The notes beneath the pieces were generated by a model that had not been told where the DNA came from, made no database searches, and was given only the letters and a program-made list of their open reading frames with translations. A DNA stretch of 64,000 nt. It comes from Muriicola sp. (lineage in GTDB: Bacteria > Bacteroidota > Bacteroidia > Flavobacteriales > Flavobacteriaceae). The position numbers and the translations under genes were made by a program. Shown piece after piece: positions 9,651-18,418 of this stretch. The DNA lies in contig JBGTKP010000057.1 of NCBI GenBank assembly GCA_041744575.1, forward strand, positions 35,821-99,820, read 5' to 3'. Positions within the stretch are counted from its first letter, which is position 1. Every line of letters begins with the position of its first letter.

Positions 9651-11270
9651 TTAATTCTTTCCGTACACCTTGCCAATGGCATCTATATATCGATCCAGGC
9701 TCTTCTTTACCTTTGGAAAAAGGATAAGCAACCCAATCATGTTGGGAAAAACCAGAGCGAGGATCATGGCATCAGAAAACTTGATCACGGCATCGAGGGT
9801 AGCGCCTGCCCCAATGATCACGAACAGTAGGAAGAGTACCTTGTAAAGGATGTCAGCAGCCCTTCCCCGGCCAAAGAGGTACTTCCATGCCTGCAGTCCG
9901 TAGTAGGACCAGGAAATCATTGTTGAAAAAGCAAAGAGGATGATCGCAAGAGTAAGTACATATCTGAAACCGGGGATGACCGAATCATACGCCATAGAAG
10001 TCAGATCTACACCGCCGATGTAGGTCCCGGACTCGGTGAGAAGGACGGTACTCCCTACGGCATTTCCATATTCAAATGCCCCTGCATCCATATTGAAGAA
10101 GATAATAACCAGCGCAGTCATGGTACAGATCACCACCGTATCTATAAAAGGTTCCAGCAGGGCCACCACCCCTTCGCTGGCAGGATATCTCGTCTTTACA
10201 GCGGAATGCGCAATGGCCGCCGAACCTGCTCCGGCTTCATTGGAAAATGCCGCTCTCTGAAAACCTACAATAATAACACCAAGAACGCCACCTATCCCGG
10301 CTGCTGGAGTAAAAGCACCTCCCATGATCATTGAAAATGCATCCCCTAAATATTTTATATTGGCAAAAATGATCACCAGGGAAGCCAGCACATAGATCCC
10401 CGCCATGAAGGGTACGATCTTCTCGGTAACTTTAGCTATCTTTTTAATACCGCCGATAATTACGATCCCCACCAGAGTGGCCAGTACCACTCCTATGATC
10501 ACTCCTGTGGCGCCTCCCTGCAGACTAAACATGGTTGTGATTTGAACTGCCGCCTGATTGGATTGAAACGCATTGCCGCCGCCGAATGATGCTCCTACAC
10601 AGAGCACTGCAAAAACAAGGGCCAGTATCTTCCCTAAGCCGGTCCAGCCTCGCTCTTTAAGGCCTTTGGAGAGGTAATACATGGGTCCCCCGTAGACTGT
10701 GCCATCCGGCCCCAAATCCCTGTATTTAACTCCCAGGGTGCATTCAACAAATTTTGTAGACATCCCAATGAGCCCGCAAACGATCATCCAAAAGGTAGCG
10801 CCCGGTCCTCCCAGCGCAATAGCAACTGCCACTCCTGCAATATTCCCTAATCCCACCGTTCCTGAAACCGCAGTAGCTAGCGCCTGAAAATGACTTACCT
10901 CTCCTTCTTCGCTCTCATCCCTGATGGTATCAGGAATGTCCCCGTCTTCCGTCATGTGCAATTCTACTTTTTCCAGGCCGTATTTCTCAATTTCCTCGTA
11001 TTTTCCACGGACAACATTGATGGCCAGCCCAAACTTCATAACGTTAGGAAATCGGAAATAAATCGTAAAAAAAGTAGCGCCGAAGATAAGCAGGATAAGC
11101 ACCACCGGAAGATTATAGCCGGCAATCGGAATCGGAGTAAGAATAAGATTTTCCCACCATACCGCGAATGGCATGAAAGCATCATTTACCTGGTCATCAA
11201 GTCCCTTTTCCTGAGCAATTCCCATCAAAGGTAAAAAGCACAGGACGGCGGTAAGGAGGCGGTATCTCAT
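9651..11270 (-). CDS. Sodium:alanine (alanine/glycine:cation) symporter, AGCS family
   Basis: 539 aa polytopic membrane protein. FQALATAVSGTVGLGNIAGVAVAIALGGPGATFWM is the AGCS signature. Confidence 0.9.
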   Translation of the reverse strand: MRYRLLTAVLCFLPLMGIAQEKGLDDQVNDAFMPFAVWWENLILTPIPIAGYNLPVVLILLIFGATFFTIYFRFPNVMKFGLAINVVRGKYEEIEKYGLEKVELHMTEDGDIPDTIRDESEEGEVSHFQALATAVSGTVGLGNIAGVAVAIALGGPGATFWMIVCGLIGMSTKFVECTLGVKYRDLGPDGTVYGGPMYYLSKGLKERGWTGLGKILALVFAVLCVGASFGGGNAFQSNQAAVQITTMFSLQGGATGVIIGVVLATLVGIVIIGGIKKIAKVTEKIVPFMAGIYVLASLVIIFANIKYLGDAFSMIMGGAFTPAAGIGGVLGVIIVGFQRAAFSNEAGAGSAAIAHSAVKTRYPASEGVVALLEPFIDTVVICTMTALVIIFFNMDAGAFEYGNAVGSTVLLTESGTYIGGVDLTSMAYDSVIPGFRYVLTLAIILFAFSTMISWSYYGLQAWKYLFGRGRAADILYKVLFLLFVIIGAGATLDAVIKFSDAMILALVFPNMIGLLILFPKVKKSLDRYIDAIGKVYGKN

Positions 11271-11519
11271 AAGTTTGTCATTTGGTAGTTTGGTTCGTAA
11301 GGAACGGCGGCAATATCCTAAAAATTAGTAACACGGTCAAATATAATGCACTAAATGTCCTGATCATAAACGGATTATTAACCTATTTCACCCGGGACAT
11401 GGTCTTTTCTGTCAGTTCTGAAACCAATTCCCCGCTATTTAAACTGCTGTTTACCTTTTTCCGTCTTCCCTTCCGTGATGCAGGATGGTTCCTCCCTTGA
11501 TACGGAGGAAATGAGAGTA

Positions 11520-11747
11520 TCAGAGATCGAAAACGGAAGTTCTCTTGGTGTACACCAGGTCTTTTATTCTTAACCAGAATGCCAAAAAAAGATAGAGCGC
11601 AAATCCAAATCCAAGAGTTACAAAAGTGAGATAAATAAAGGACGTCCTCACCACTCGCGCCCTGATCCCAAGCCTTTCCGCAATCCGCCGGCATACTTCG
11701 AATCCCCGCTTCTGAAAGTAATACAAAATCTGGTAAAAGACATTCAT
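11520..11747 (-). CDS. PspC domain-containing small membrane protein
   Basis: 75 aa. The GFEVCRRIAERLGIRARVVRTSFIYLTF pattern followed by a TM helix is typical of PspC domains. Confidence 0.65.
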   Translation of the reverse strand: MNVFYQILYYFQKRGFEVCRRIAERLGIRARVVRTSFIYLTFVTLGFGFALYLFLAFWLRIKDLVYTKRTSVFDL

Positions 11748-11759
11748 GCTTTAAAAGTA

Positions 11760-13040
11760 CTATTTTCCGTTCAATATCTGTGTCCCGATGGCGCAATGGA
11801 GGCACCTGTTACGGGTGCAATATTTGGTGTATAACTGAAGGATGGCCTGGGTATCCTGCGCGTCCCCGCATGAAATTCCAAGCTGGCGAAACCGGTCAGA
11901 AATGCCATTTTTTTCTCTGCCCAGAGCAGCATAGATCTGCCCGATCCCTTTTGTGTCTTTGATTCCCTGTGCCTTTGCATAACAGAATTTGAGAGGCAAT
12001 ACGGTATTTATTAGAATCAGCTCAATGAATCTGGGGGACAGCCGCTTCACCCGATTCGCCGACACCTTCCCGAAAGAATAGTGTTCATTCCAGTACTGAC
12101 TTGCCGCAACGTTGAACAAAGTGAGATATTCCTGCAGGGAACCTGCCTCGATTACTTTGCTGAATAGTTGCGGATGCCGGTGATAGATCCCGCTGAGTTG
12201 TGAAAGCCTTAGGGTTGGAAAATTTACAGGCCTGAGCCTGAAGAATTCCGGGCGTACTACTGGCGTTGCCCCTAAGTCAAAGCGCCTTTTCAGGTAGGTA
12301 TATTCCTTTTGAAGGTCAAGGTAATACCCGTCAGGGATCTGTTCCCCTTCCAGCATTCCGCACATTCCGTAGAGCAGGGCTTCCATGTGCTGCCTGCAAC
12401 CAGTAAGTTTTCGAAATATTTTATAATCCACGGAGATACCCAGTGTTAAGAAAGGAGTACCATTGATCTTGGAGCCAAAGCTTTTCAATAACAGGATAAA
12501 AAGTACCCTTTCCCAATCTTGCTTCACTTCGCCCAATAATTTCAGGATCGCTTCAGATTTTTCTTCAAGCCTTTCAAAAAACAACCGCTCCATCCATTGG
12601 GTGACAATCTCGGGATTCAGAGCGCTTAATTCCCTTTCACAATTAATAAAGCGGCTTGGTTTTTTACTAAGGAGGTCGTTGTATTTCTCCAGCAGTTGTT
12701 TCCCAATCAGGGTTTTTAGTTCCAGGGTGGGAACCGATGTGTTGTCTCTTCGAAAAACCACAAGGTCGTCATCCCAAACGACGTGTAAAATAATATTGTT
12801 GTATTGAGGATCTTCTTCGTGACGGTGAGCATACCAGTCAGAAGACTTTCTGTGGATCTCGATATTTCCGGCCCATTGCTGTCCGTTGAGTTCTATTCTG
12901 GCATTAAAGAAATCCGGTCCGGAGAGGTGATTGTGTATCCCTGTATCCAAAATCGTGAGGCGCTCGTCCGATGTGGTCCGAAGCTCGGAAGCTCCTATTT
13001 TCCGGTGTTTCCAAATGTAGTGCAACAAGTCCTCCTTCAT
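11760..13040 (-). CDS. DUF2851 family protein
   Basis: I prefer the start at MKEDLLHYIWKHRKI (ATG 13040), which resembles the conserved DUF2851 N-terminus. The track start is 13061. Confidence 0.65.
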   Translation of the reverse strand: MKEDLLHYIWKHRKIGASELRTTSDERLTILDTGIHNHLSGPDFFNARIELNGQQWAGNIEIHRKSSDWYAHRHEEDPQYNNIILHVVWDDDLVVFRRDNTSVPTLELKTLIGKQLLEKYNDLLSKKPSRFINCERELSALNPEIVTQWMERLFFERLEEKSEAILKLLGEVKQDWERVLFILLLKSFGSKINGTPFLTLGISVDYKIFRKLTGCRQHMEALLYGMCGMLEGEQIPDGYYLDLQKEYTYLKRRFDLGATPVVRPEFFRLRPVNFPTLRLSQLSGIYHRHPQLFSKVIEAGSLQEYLTLFNVAASQYWNEHYSFGKVSANRVKRLSPRFIELILINTVLPLKFCYAKAQGIKDTKGIGQIYAALGREKNGISDRFRQLGISCGDAQDTQAILQLYTKYCTRNRCLHCAIGTQILNGK

Positions 13041-13202
13041 TGCCTGGGTAAAAGGAGACAAGATATGCGTGCGTCACGTAAAACAATTGCAGCCGCATTA
13101 ACAAATGAGAACTTGCCGGGAATGGCAAATTGTACCCTCTTACATTTCGGAAAGATACACAGGCCGGAAGCGTAGTATCGCTCCGAACATCAATAGTCGG
13201 CT

Positions 13203-13514
13203 TCAGTAGGTGACTTCCCCGTCCCACTCCCTAAATCCTCCGACAAGGTTATGTGCACAATTAAAGCCAAGACTTTCCATAATACCGCATGCCTGTCCGC
13301 TGCGGTTCCCGGTCCGGCAGTACACAAAATAGTTTTTGCTTTTGTCCAGTTTTTCAAGTTCATCCAGGAATTCCTGTCCTCTGTGTATGTCAAGGTGCAA
13401 TGCCCCCGGGATATATCCGTCCTCTATCTCTTCCTGGGTTCTTACATCGAGGATGACCGCTTCCTTGTCTCCCGATAATTGTTCTACCCATTCTTCCTGT
13501 AGTAAATCTGCCAT
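13203..13514 (-). CDS. Rhodanese-like domain protein (sulfurtransferase)
   Basis: I prefer the start MADLLQEEW (ATG 13514). Active-site loop VYCRTGNRSGQA is the CRxGxR rhodanese motif. Confidence 0.8.
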   Translation of the reverse strand: MADLLQEEWVEQLSGDKEAVILDVRTQEEIEDGYIPGALHLDIHRGQEFLDELEKLDKSKNYFVYCRTGNRSGQACGIMESLGFNCAHNLVGGFREWDGEVTY

Positions 13515-13587
13515 GTGATTCCTGTTTATTGCAAAAATAGTCATGCGGAATGACAATTCCTGCTGAAAGATGTCATCCCTGAGGTTT

Positions 13588-14205
13588 CTATTTGATGGAG
13601 CATCCTATGGCTCTGGTGGTCTTTACCTCAATCTCCCGCCCGGCCAACATAGCATCTACCGCGTTTTCAACATATCGCTCCTCAACCTGGTCTGGGTTCG
13701 CATAATTATCATCAATGCTTCCGATATATTGCACTTTATTTCCTTCCGGTTTTTTTTGAAGCAGAAAGACATGTGGCGTTCGCTGAGCGCCATATACAGG
13801 ATACACCTTTTGATCCTTGTCCCTCAGATAAGGAAATGAAAAGTCCTTTTCCTCTGCTCTCGTTCTCATCGCCCCGTCATTTTCGGCAGGATTGGATTCC
13901 GGATTATTCGGATTGATCGCGATCACCGGAACGCCCAGGGATTTATATTTTTTATCAAGGGCATTGATCCTGTCCTCATAGGCCACAGCATAGGGACACG
14001 TGTTGCAGGTGAAAATGACCAGATACCCCTTAGCATCTTCAAAATCAGAGAGGGAGATCATACGGCCATCGGTGTTTTCAAGTTTGAAATCTGCAGCAAA
14101 ATCTCCGATTTGATAGCCTTCAAGGGCGGGCTGAACTGCCGGCTGGTCGGAAGATGTCATAAAATACAGGAACAACATCCCGCTTAATAAATGTATTGTT
14201 GTCAT
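13588..14205 (-). CDS. Thioredoxin-fold (redoxin/AhpC-TSA-like) protein, secreted
   Basis: 205 aa with a signal-like N-terminus and FTCNTCPYAVAYEDRI CxxC-containing motif. Overlaps the upstream TlpA-like gene by 4 nt. Confidence 0.7.
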   Translation of the reverse strand: MTTIHLLSGMLFLYFMTSSDQPAVQPALEGYQIGDFAADFKLENTDGRMISLSDFEDAKGYLVIFTCNTCPYAVAYEDRINALDKKYKSLGVPVIAINPNNPESNPAENDGAMRTRAEEKDFSFPYLRDKDQKVYPVYGAQRTPHVFLLQKKPEGNKVQYIGSIDDNYANPDQVEERYVENAVDAMLAGREIEVKTTRAIGCSIK

Positions 14206-14768
14206 GGTGATGTGAATTTTTCTATTTGATCTTTTAATAATTCATAGGTAAGCGGTTCCTCATAGAACACACGCTGATCCGTGGTATATATAAGGGTTGC
14301 AGGGATGGCTCCGGACCAGTTCCTGTCAACCTTGGGTATCCAGGTATTTTGCTTTGGATCATCCAGGATGACTACCCTCGACTTTATGCGTTGTTCCTCT
14401 ACAAACGGCACCAGACGCGTGTCCCACATCTGCGGAACATCCAGGCTCACCAGGGTCACCTCCACCTTATCAGGTGCATATTCTCTGGTAATCTGTTCAA
14501 AAAAAGGCAGTTCCTTTATACAGGGAGCACACCAGGTAGCCCAAAAATTCACTATATATACCTTTGACCCCTCAGGCCTCATAAGGGCTTCAAGACTTTT
14601 ATAGTCAAGAACGGGAAAAGGCTGCCCTTCACCCGGCTCCTTAATGCCAGTCACTTTAGTACCGGATGGCCGCTGTCCGGAGTCAGGGTTCTCCTTGCAA
14701 CTACCCAGTAACATGATGATGACAATACAGCTTATCCTAAGCATACAAGAGGATCTGAACGGGTACAT
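14202..14768 (-). CDS. TlpA-family thiol:disulfide oxidoreductase (lipoprotein-like)
   Basis: 188 aa. LLGSC lipobox-like N-terminus and FWATWCAPC thioredoxin active site. Confidence 0.8.
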   Translation of the reverse strand: MYPFRSSCMLRISCIVIIMLLGSCKENPDSGQRPSGTKVTGIKEPGEGQPFPVLDYKSLEALMRPEGSKVYIVNFWATWCAPCIKELPFFEQITREYAPDKVEVTLVSLDVPQMWDTRLVPFVEEQRIKSRVVILDDPKQNTWIPKVDRNWSGAIPATLIYTTDQRVFYEEPLTYELLKDQIEKFTSP

Positions 14769-14883
14769 TTTCCTGATATTTGGAAACTTGTATCCCTTAC
14801 TAAAAGTAGTAATGCAGACAATAGCGGCTGATTACTTTAACAAATATTTAGGGGGTATCGGATAGTAGGATACAAAAATTTCA

Positions 14884-14909
14884 ATACATTTGTATATACA
14901 ATTGTTGTA
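14884..14909. promoter_or_regulatory. Two adjacent inverted repeats, candidate MarR operator
   Basis: ATACA-TT-TGTAT (14884-14895) and TACAA-TTG-TTGTA (14897-14909) lie 6-30 nt upstream of the marR-like start, in the divergent intergenic region. Confidence 0.3.
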
Positions 14910-14914
14910 CTGAG

Positions 14915-15361
14915 GTGAATGTTGAAGAAATTTTAATGACCACCAGGCCGATGCGACCTGAAAGCAGGACTGTCATACATCTCCTCCTGGTGTGTCAGAA
15001 GATCAATGAAGTGACCACCGCCGCACTGAAGCCCTATGGAATATCTTTGCAGCAATTCAATGTCCTTAGGATATTGAGGGGGCGACAGGGAAAGCCAGCG
15101 AACCTGAACGACATCAGCGAAAGGATGGTATCCAGGATGAGTAATACGACCCGACTGGTGGATAAGTTATTGGCTAAGGGATATGCAGACCGGATAACTT
15201 GTCCCAGCAACCGTCGGAAAATTGAAATTCGTATCACCGGGGATGGACTTGCAGCCTTGAAGTCGATGGATGAAGCGATGCGGAATGCGGAAGTTCAATT
15301 GGTTCAGGAATTAAGTACGGATGAGATGGCGATGTTAAATCATTTGTTGAATAAATTCTGA
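14915..15361 (+). CDS. MarR family transcriptional regulator
   Basis: 148 aa (GTG start; an alternative ATG is at 14936). Winged-helix region LQQFNVLRILRG...NLNDISERMVSRMSNTTRLVDKLLAKGY. Confidence 0.85.
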   Translation: MNVEEILMTTRPMRPESRTVIHLLLVCQKINEVTTAALKPYGISLQQFNVLRILRGRQGKPANLNDISERMVSRMSNTTRLVDKLLAKGYADRITCPSNRRKIEIRITGDGLAALKSMDEAMRNAEVQLVQELSTDEMAMLNHLLNKF

Positions 15362-15453
15362 CGGCAGACCTCCCCGATGACGAGGGTAAAATAATGAAGT
15401 GTAAATCAAGAATTAAATAAATCAATAATTAAGTAAATCAAATAATTAAAGAA

Positions 15454-16032
15454 ATGAGAAATAATGTTATTGGCCTCACCCTGGCCGTTGTACTAGGGTC
15501 ATCTGCAACTGCAGGAAGTACAAAAGATGCAGACACCAAAGAAGTCAAAACGGAATCCAGCAAAGTGATCTGGAAGGCTTATAAGGTCACCGGTTCACAC
15601 ACCGGAACTGTAGACCTTACCTCCGGCAAGCTGGATTTTGAAGAAGATAAACTCACAGGCGGAGAATTCACTGTAGATATGACTTCAATGATCACCACTG
15701 ACCTTGATGGAGACAGCAAAGGGAAGCTCGAAGGCCACCTCAAGTCAGACGATTTCTTCGGTGTTGACAAGCACCCTGAAGCGCATATGGTATTTACGGC
15801 CATTACCCCTTCAGGAAAAAATTCATACGAAGTGACAGGAGACCTGACGATCAAAGGTATTACCAAACCGGTGACTTTTGATATTTCTGTTTACGGAAGT
15901 AAGGCCACAGCTACTCTAAAGGTAGACAGGGCGGCTTATGATGTCAAATACGGCTCGGGCAGTTTTTTTGACAATCTGGGTGACAAAACAATTTATGATG
16001 AATTTGACCTTGTGGTAGATCTTGAATTTTAA
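15454..16032 (+). CDS. YceI family periplasmic protein
   Basis: 192 aa with a signal peptide. The HTGTVDL..G...F....LTGGEFTVDM.S..T pattern and KGITKPVTF are typical of YceI-like domains. Confidence 0.88.
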   Translation: MRNNVIGLTLAVVLGSSATAGSTKDADTKEVKTESSKVIWKAYKVTGSHTGTVDLTSGKLDFEEDKLTGGEFTVDMTSMITTDLDGDSKGKLEGHLKSDDFFGVDKHPEAHMVFTAITPSGKNSYEVTGDLTIKGITKPVTFDISVYGSKATATLKVDRAAYDVKYGSGSFFDNLGDKTIYDEFDLVVDLEF

Positions 16033-16056
16033 AGGCTCCTATTTAAATGAATATAG

Positions 16057-16087
16057 CCCTGCATACTTCATGCAGGGTTTATTTTTT
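16057..16087 (+). terminator. Intrinsic terminator after yceI
   Basis: CCCTGCAT-ACTTC-ATGCAGGG, a perfect 8-bp hairpin, followed by TTTATTTTTT. Confidence 0.65.
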
Positions 16088-16096
16088 CACAGCCTG

Positions 16097-16127
16097 TTTG
16101 GAAAATTGAAATTCATCACTATCTTTG
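16097..16127 (+). promoter_or_regulatory. Candidate Bacteroidota-type promoter for the trp leader/operon
   Basis: TTTG (16097-16100) and TATCTTTG (16120-16127) match the -33 TTTG / -7 TAnnTTTG consensus, with a 19-nt spacer. Confidence 0.3.
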
Positions 16128-16132
16128 GGCAA

Positions 16133-16189
16133 ATGAAAAGAAATACAGTAAATACCTGGTGGTGGAATTACTTACGCTTCAAGTCGTGA
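16133..16189 (+). CDS. trp operon leader peptide (18 aa, MKRNTVNTWWWNYLRFKS)
   Basis: Short ORF below the track cutoff. Three consecutive TGG codons at 16157-16165. It is 105 nt upstream of trpE and followed by a terminator hairpin. Confidence 0.7.
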   Translation: MKRNTVNTWWWNYLRFKS

Positions 16190-16215
16190 GTTGAGCACTA
16201 ATTTGTATTACTGTA

Positions 16216-16254
16216 CAAAAAGGCTTGTCTTTCACGACAGGCCTTTTTGTTTTT
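16216..16254 (+). terminator. trp attenuator (intrinsic terminator between leader ORF and trpE)
   Basis: GGCTTGTC (16222-16229) pairs with GACAGGCC (16236-16243), loop TTTCAC, followed by TTTTTGTTTTT and preceded by an A-run. It ends 40 nt before the trpE ATG. Confidence 0.75.
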
Positions 16255-16294
16255 ATGACATTTCCCTTCTAACGGACGAATTATCTTTATTGGC

Positions 16295-17689
16295 ATGTAC
16301 AAATTGACCACATATTACAGGAAGATCCTTGCGGATACAATAACCCCGGTGAGCGTCTATTTAAAGCTCAGGGACCGGTTCCCGGGCAGTATCCTTCTTG
16401 AAAGCAGTGACTATAGGGCCAATGACAATTCGTTTTCATACATCTGCTGTAATCCCATCGCTTCTATCCGCGTTCAGAATGAAGTGGTACTTACGCAATT
16501 TCCGGATGGAACACGCGAAGAGCTCAGGGTGGATACCGGTACTGATATCCCCGACCTCCTGCACCGGTTTGCTATGAAATTCAAGGTAGGAAAAAACAAT
16601 TTTAAATTTATCAATAGTGGCCTGTTCGGGTTTATGGCATATGACGCGGTCAGGTATTTTGAAGATGTTTCCATTCGGAAAAAAGAAGGGTTTCTTGAAA
16701 TTCCTGACATCCTGTATTCGGTATACCGTAACATTATCGCAATTGATCATTTTAAGAACGAGGCCTACATTTTTGCACACTGTTATAACCAACAGGATAA
16801 TACCTCAGAAATTGAACAACTGCTGAGGGTGAGGGATTTTGCCTCCTATCATTTTTCTATGGACGGGACTGCAGATTCCAACCTGAAGGATGAAGAATAT
16901 CTGCAACATGTCGATCTTGCCAAAAAGCATTGCCATCGCGGGGATCTTTTTCAGTTGGTCCTCTCAAGAAGGTTTTCGCAAAAATTCAGAGGAGATGAAT
17001 TCAACGTATACAGGGCACTGCGTTCTATTAATCCCAGCCCGTACCTTTTTTATTTTGATTATGGTGATTTTAAGATTTTTGGAAGTTCTCCGGAGGCACA
17101 ATTGGTGGTCCGCGATGGGAAAGCAGAAATTCATCCGATAGCAGGTACCTTTAAAAGGACAGGAAACGATCAGGAAGATATGGTCCTTGCCACCAAACTT
17201 TCTCAGGATGAGAAGGAAAATAGTGAACATGTAATGCTCGTAGATCTTGCGCGAAATGATCTGAGCAGGAACGCGACAGGAGTTCGGGTTGAAGAATATC
17301 GGGAAGTACAATATTTCTCTCATGTCATTCACCTGGTCTCAAAAGTTACCGGATATAAGAAAAAAGATATTCCAACGATGAAGGTGGTGGCAGACACCTT
17401 TCCGGCCGGCACCCTTAGCGGGGCACCCAAGCATATGGCCATGCAACTGATTGAAAAATATGAGAAAACCAACAGGGGCTATTATGGCGGAGCGATTGGA
17501 TTTATGGCCTTTGACGGGGATTTTAACCACGCCATCATGATACGGACATTTCTTAGCAAAAACCACTTGCTTTATTATCAGGCAGGGGCCGGCCTGGTGG
17601 CCGCCTCGGATCCTCAAACAGAGCTGGATGAAACCTATAACAAACTGAGCGCCCTGACCAAGGCTCTCGAGATTGCCGAATCAATTTGA
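16295..17689 (+). CDS. trpE: Anthranilate synthase component I
   Basis: 464 aa. LLESS motif near the N-terminus and the C-terminal chorismate-binding core (GTLSGAPK, RGYYGGAIGF, IRT). Confidence 0.95.
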   Translation: MYKLTTYYRKILADTITPVSVYLKLRDRFPGSILLESSDYRANDNSFSYICCNPIASIRVQNEVVLTQFPDGTREELRVDTGTDIPDLLHRFAMKFKVGKNNFKFINSGLFGFMAYDAVRYFEDVSIRKKEGFLEIPDILYSVYRNIIAIDHFKNEAYIFAHCYNQQDNTSEIEQLLRVRDFASYHFSMDGTADSNLKDEEYLQHVDLAKKHCHRGDLFQLVLSRRFSQKFRGDEFNVYRALRSINPSPYLFYFDYGDFKIFGSSPEAQLVVRDGKAEIHPIAGTFKRTGNDQEDMVLATKLSQDEKENSEHVMLVDLARNDLSRNATGVRVEEYREVQYFSHVIHLVSKVTGYKKKDIPTMKVVADTFPAGTLSGAPKHMAMQLIEKYEKTNRGYYGGAIGFMAFDGDFNHAIMIRTFLSKNHLLYYQAGAGLVAASDPQTELDETYNKLSALTKALEIAESI

Positions 17690-17755
17690 AAGGTCTACAA
17701 ATGGGAAAAATTTTTAGTGTCTTATCAAGTGGCCTGAATTTATCTGAGTATTGTA

Positions 17756-18418
17756 ATGAATAAAATACGGTCTATTTCATCTCCTGAAACTACTCAGGCA
17801 TCCTCCGACCCCGGACTTCGAAACAAGATCGGGAACCGGGACGTATTGGTCATAGACAATTATGACAGTTTTACCTATAACCTGGTGCATTATCTTGAAG
17901 ATTTGGATGCCACGGTCACGGTTAGGCGGAATGACCAGATCACCCTGGATGAAGTTGCCGTTTTTAACAGGATATTATTATCCCCGGGTCCTGGAATCCC
18001 GGATGAAGCCGGGCTGCTGAAAGAAATCATTGCCCGATATGCGCCGTCTAAAAGTATCTTTGGAGTCTGTCTGGGCCTGCAGGCCATTGGTGAGGTTTTT
18101 GGCGGGACCCTGATCAATCTTCGCGAGGTATATCATGGTGTTTCATCTTCCATTCGCATTCTGATGGAAGATCCGCTTTTTAACGGCCTGCCTGCAGAGC
18201 TGGAAGTTGGCAGATATCACTCATGGGTGGTAGACCCTGCTGTTCCGGATCAGCTCCGGGTGACTTCAGTGGACGAAAACGGACACGTAATGTCACTGCG
18301 CCATAACGAATTTGATGTATGTGCGGTGCAATTCCATCCGGAATCCGTACTTACGCCACATGGAAAAAAGATCATCGAAAACTGGCTCCTTTCCTGCGAT
18401 CAAAAGAAATACTCATGA
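17756..18418 (+). CDS. trpG: Anthranilate synthase component II (glutamine amidotransferase)
   Basis: 220 aa. VLVIDNYDSFTYNLV, GVCLGLQAIG (catalytic Cys) and VQFHPES. The ~28-aa N-terminal extension is uncertain. Confidence 0.9.
   Translation: MNKIRSISSPETTQASSDPGLRNKIGNRDVLVIDNYDSFTYNLVHYLEDLDATVTVRRNDQITLDEVAVFNRILLSPGPGIPDEAGLLKEIIARYAPSKSIFGVCLGLQAIGEVFGGTLINLREVYHGVSSSIRILMEDPLFNGLPAELEVGRYHSWVVDPAVPDQLRVTSVDENGHVMSLRHNEFDVCAVQFHPESVLTPHGKKIIENWLLSCDQKKYS

Noticed and set aside
11383-11805. A 140-aa minus-strand ORF overlapping the PspC gene and the symporter leader.
   Set aside because: It overlaps the better-supported PspC-domain ORF in another frame and extends into the DUF2851 gene. 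Its composition (Arg/Ser/Pro-rich) is atypical for this genome.
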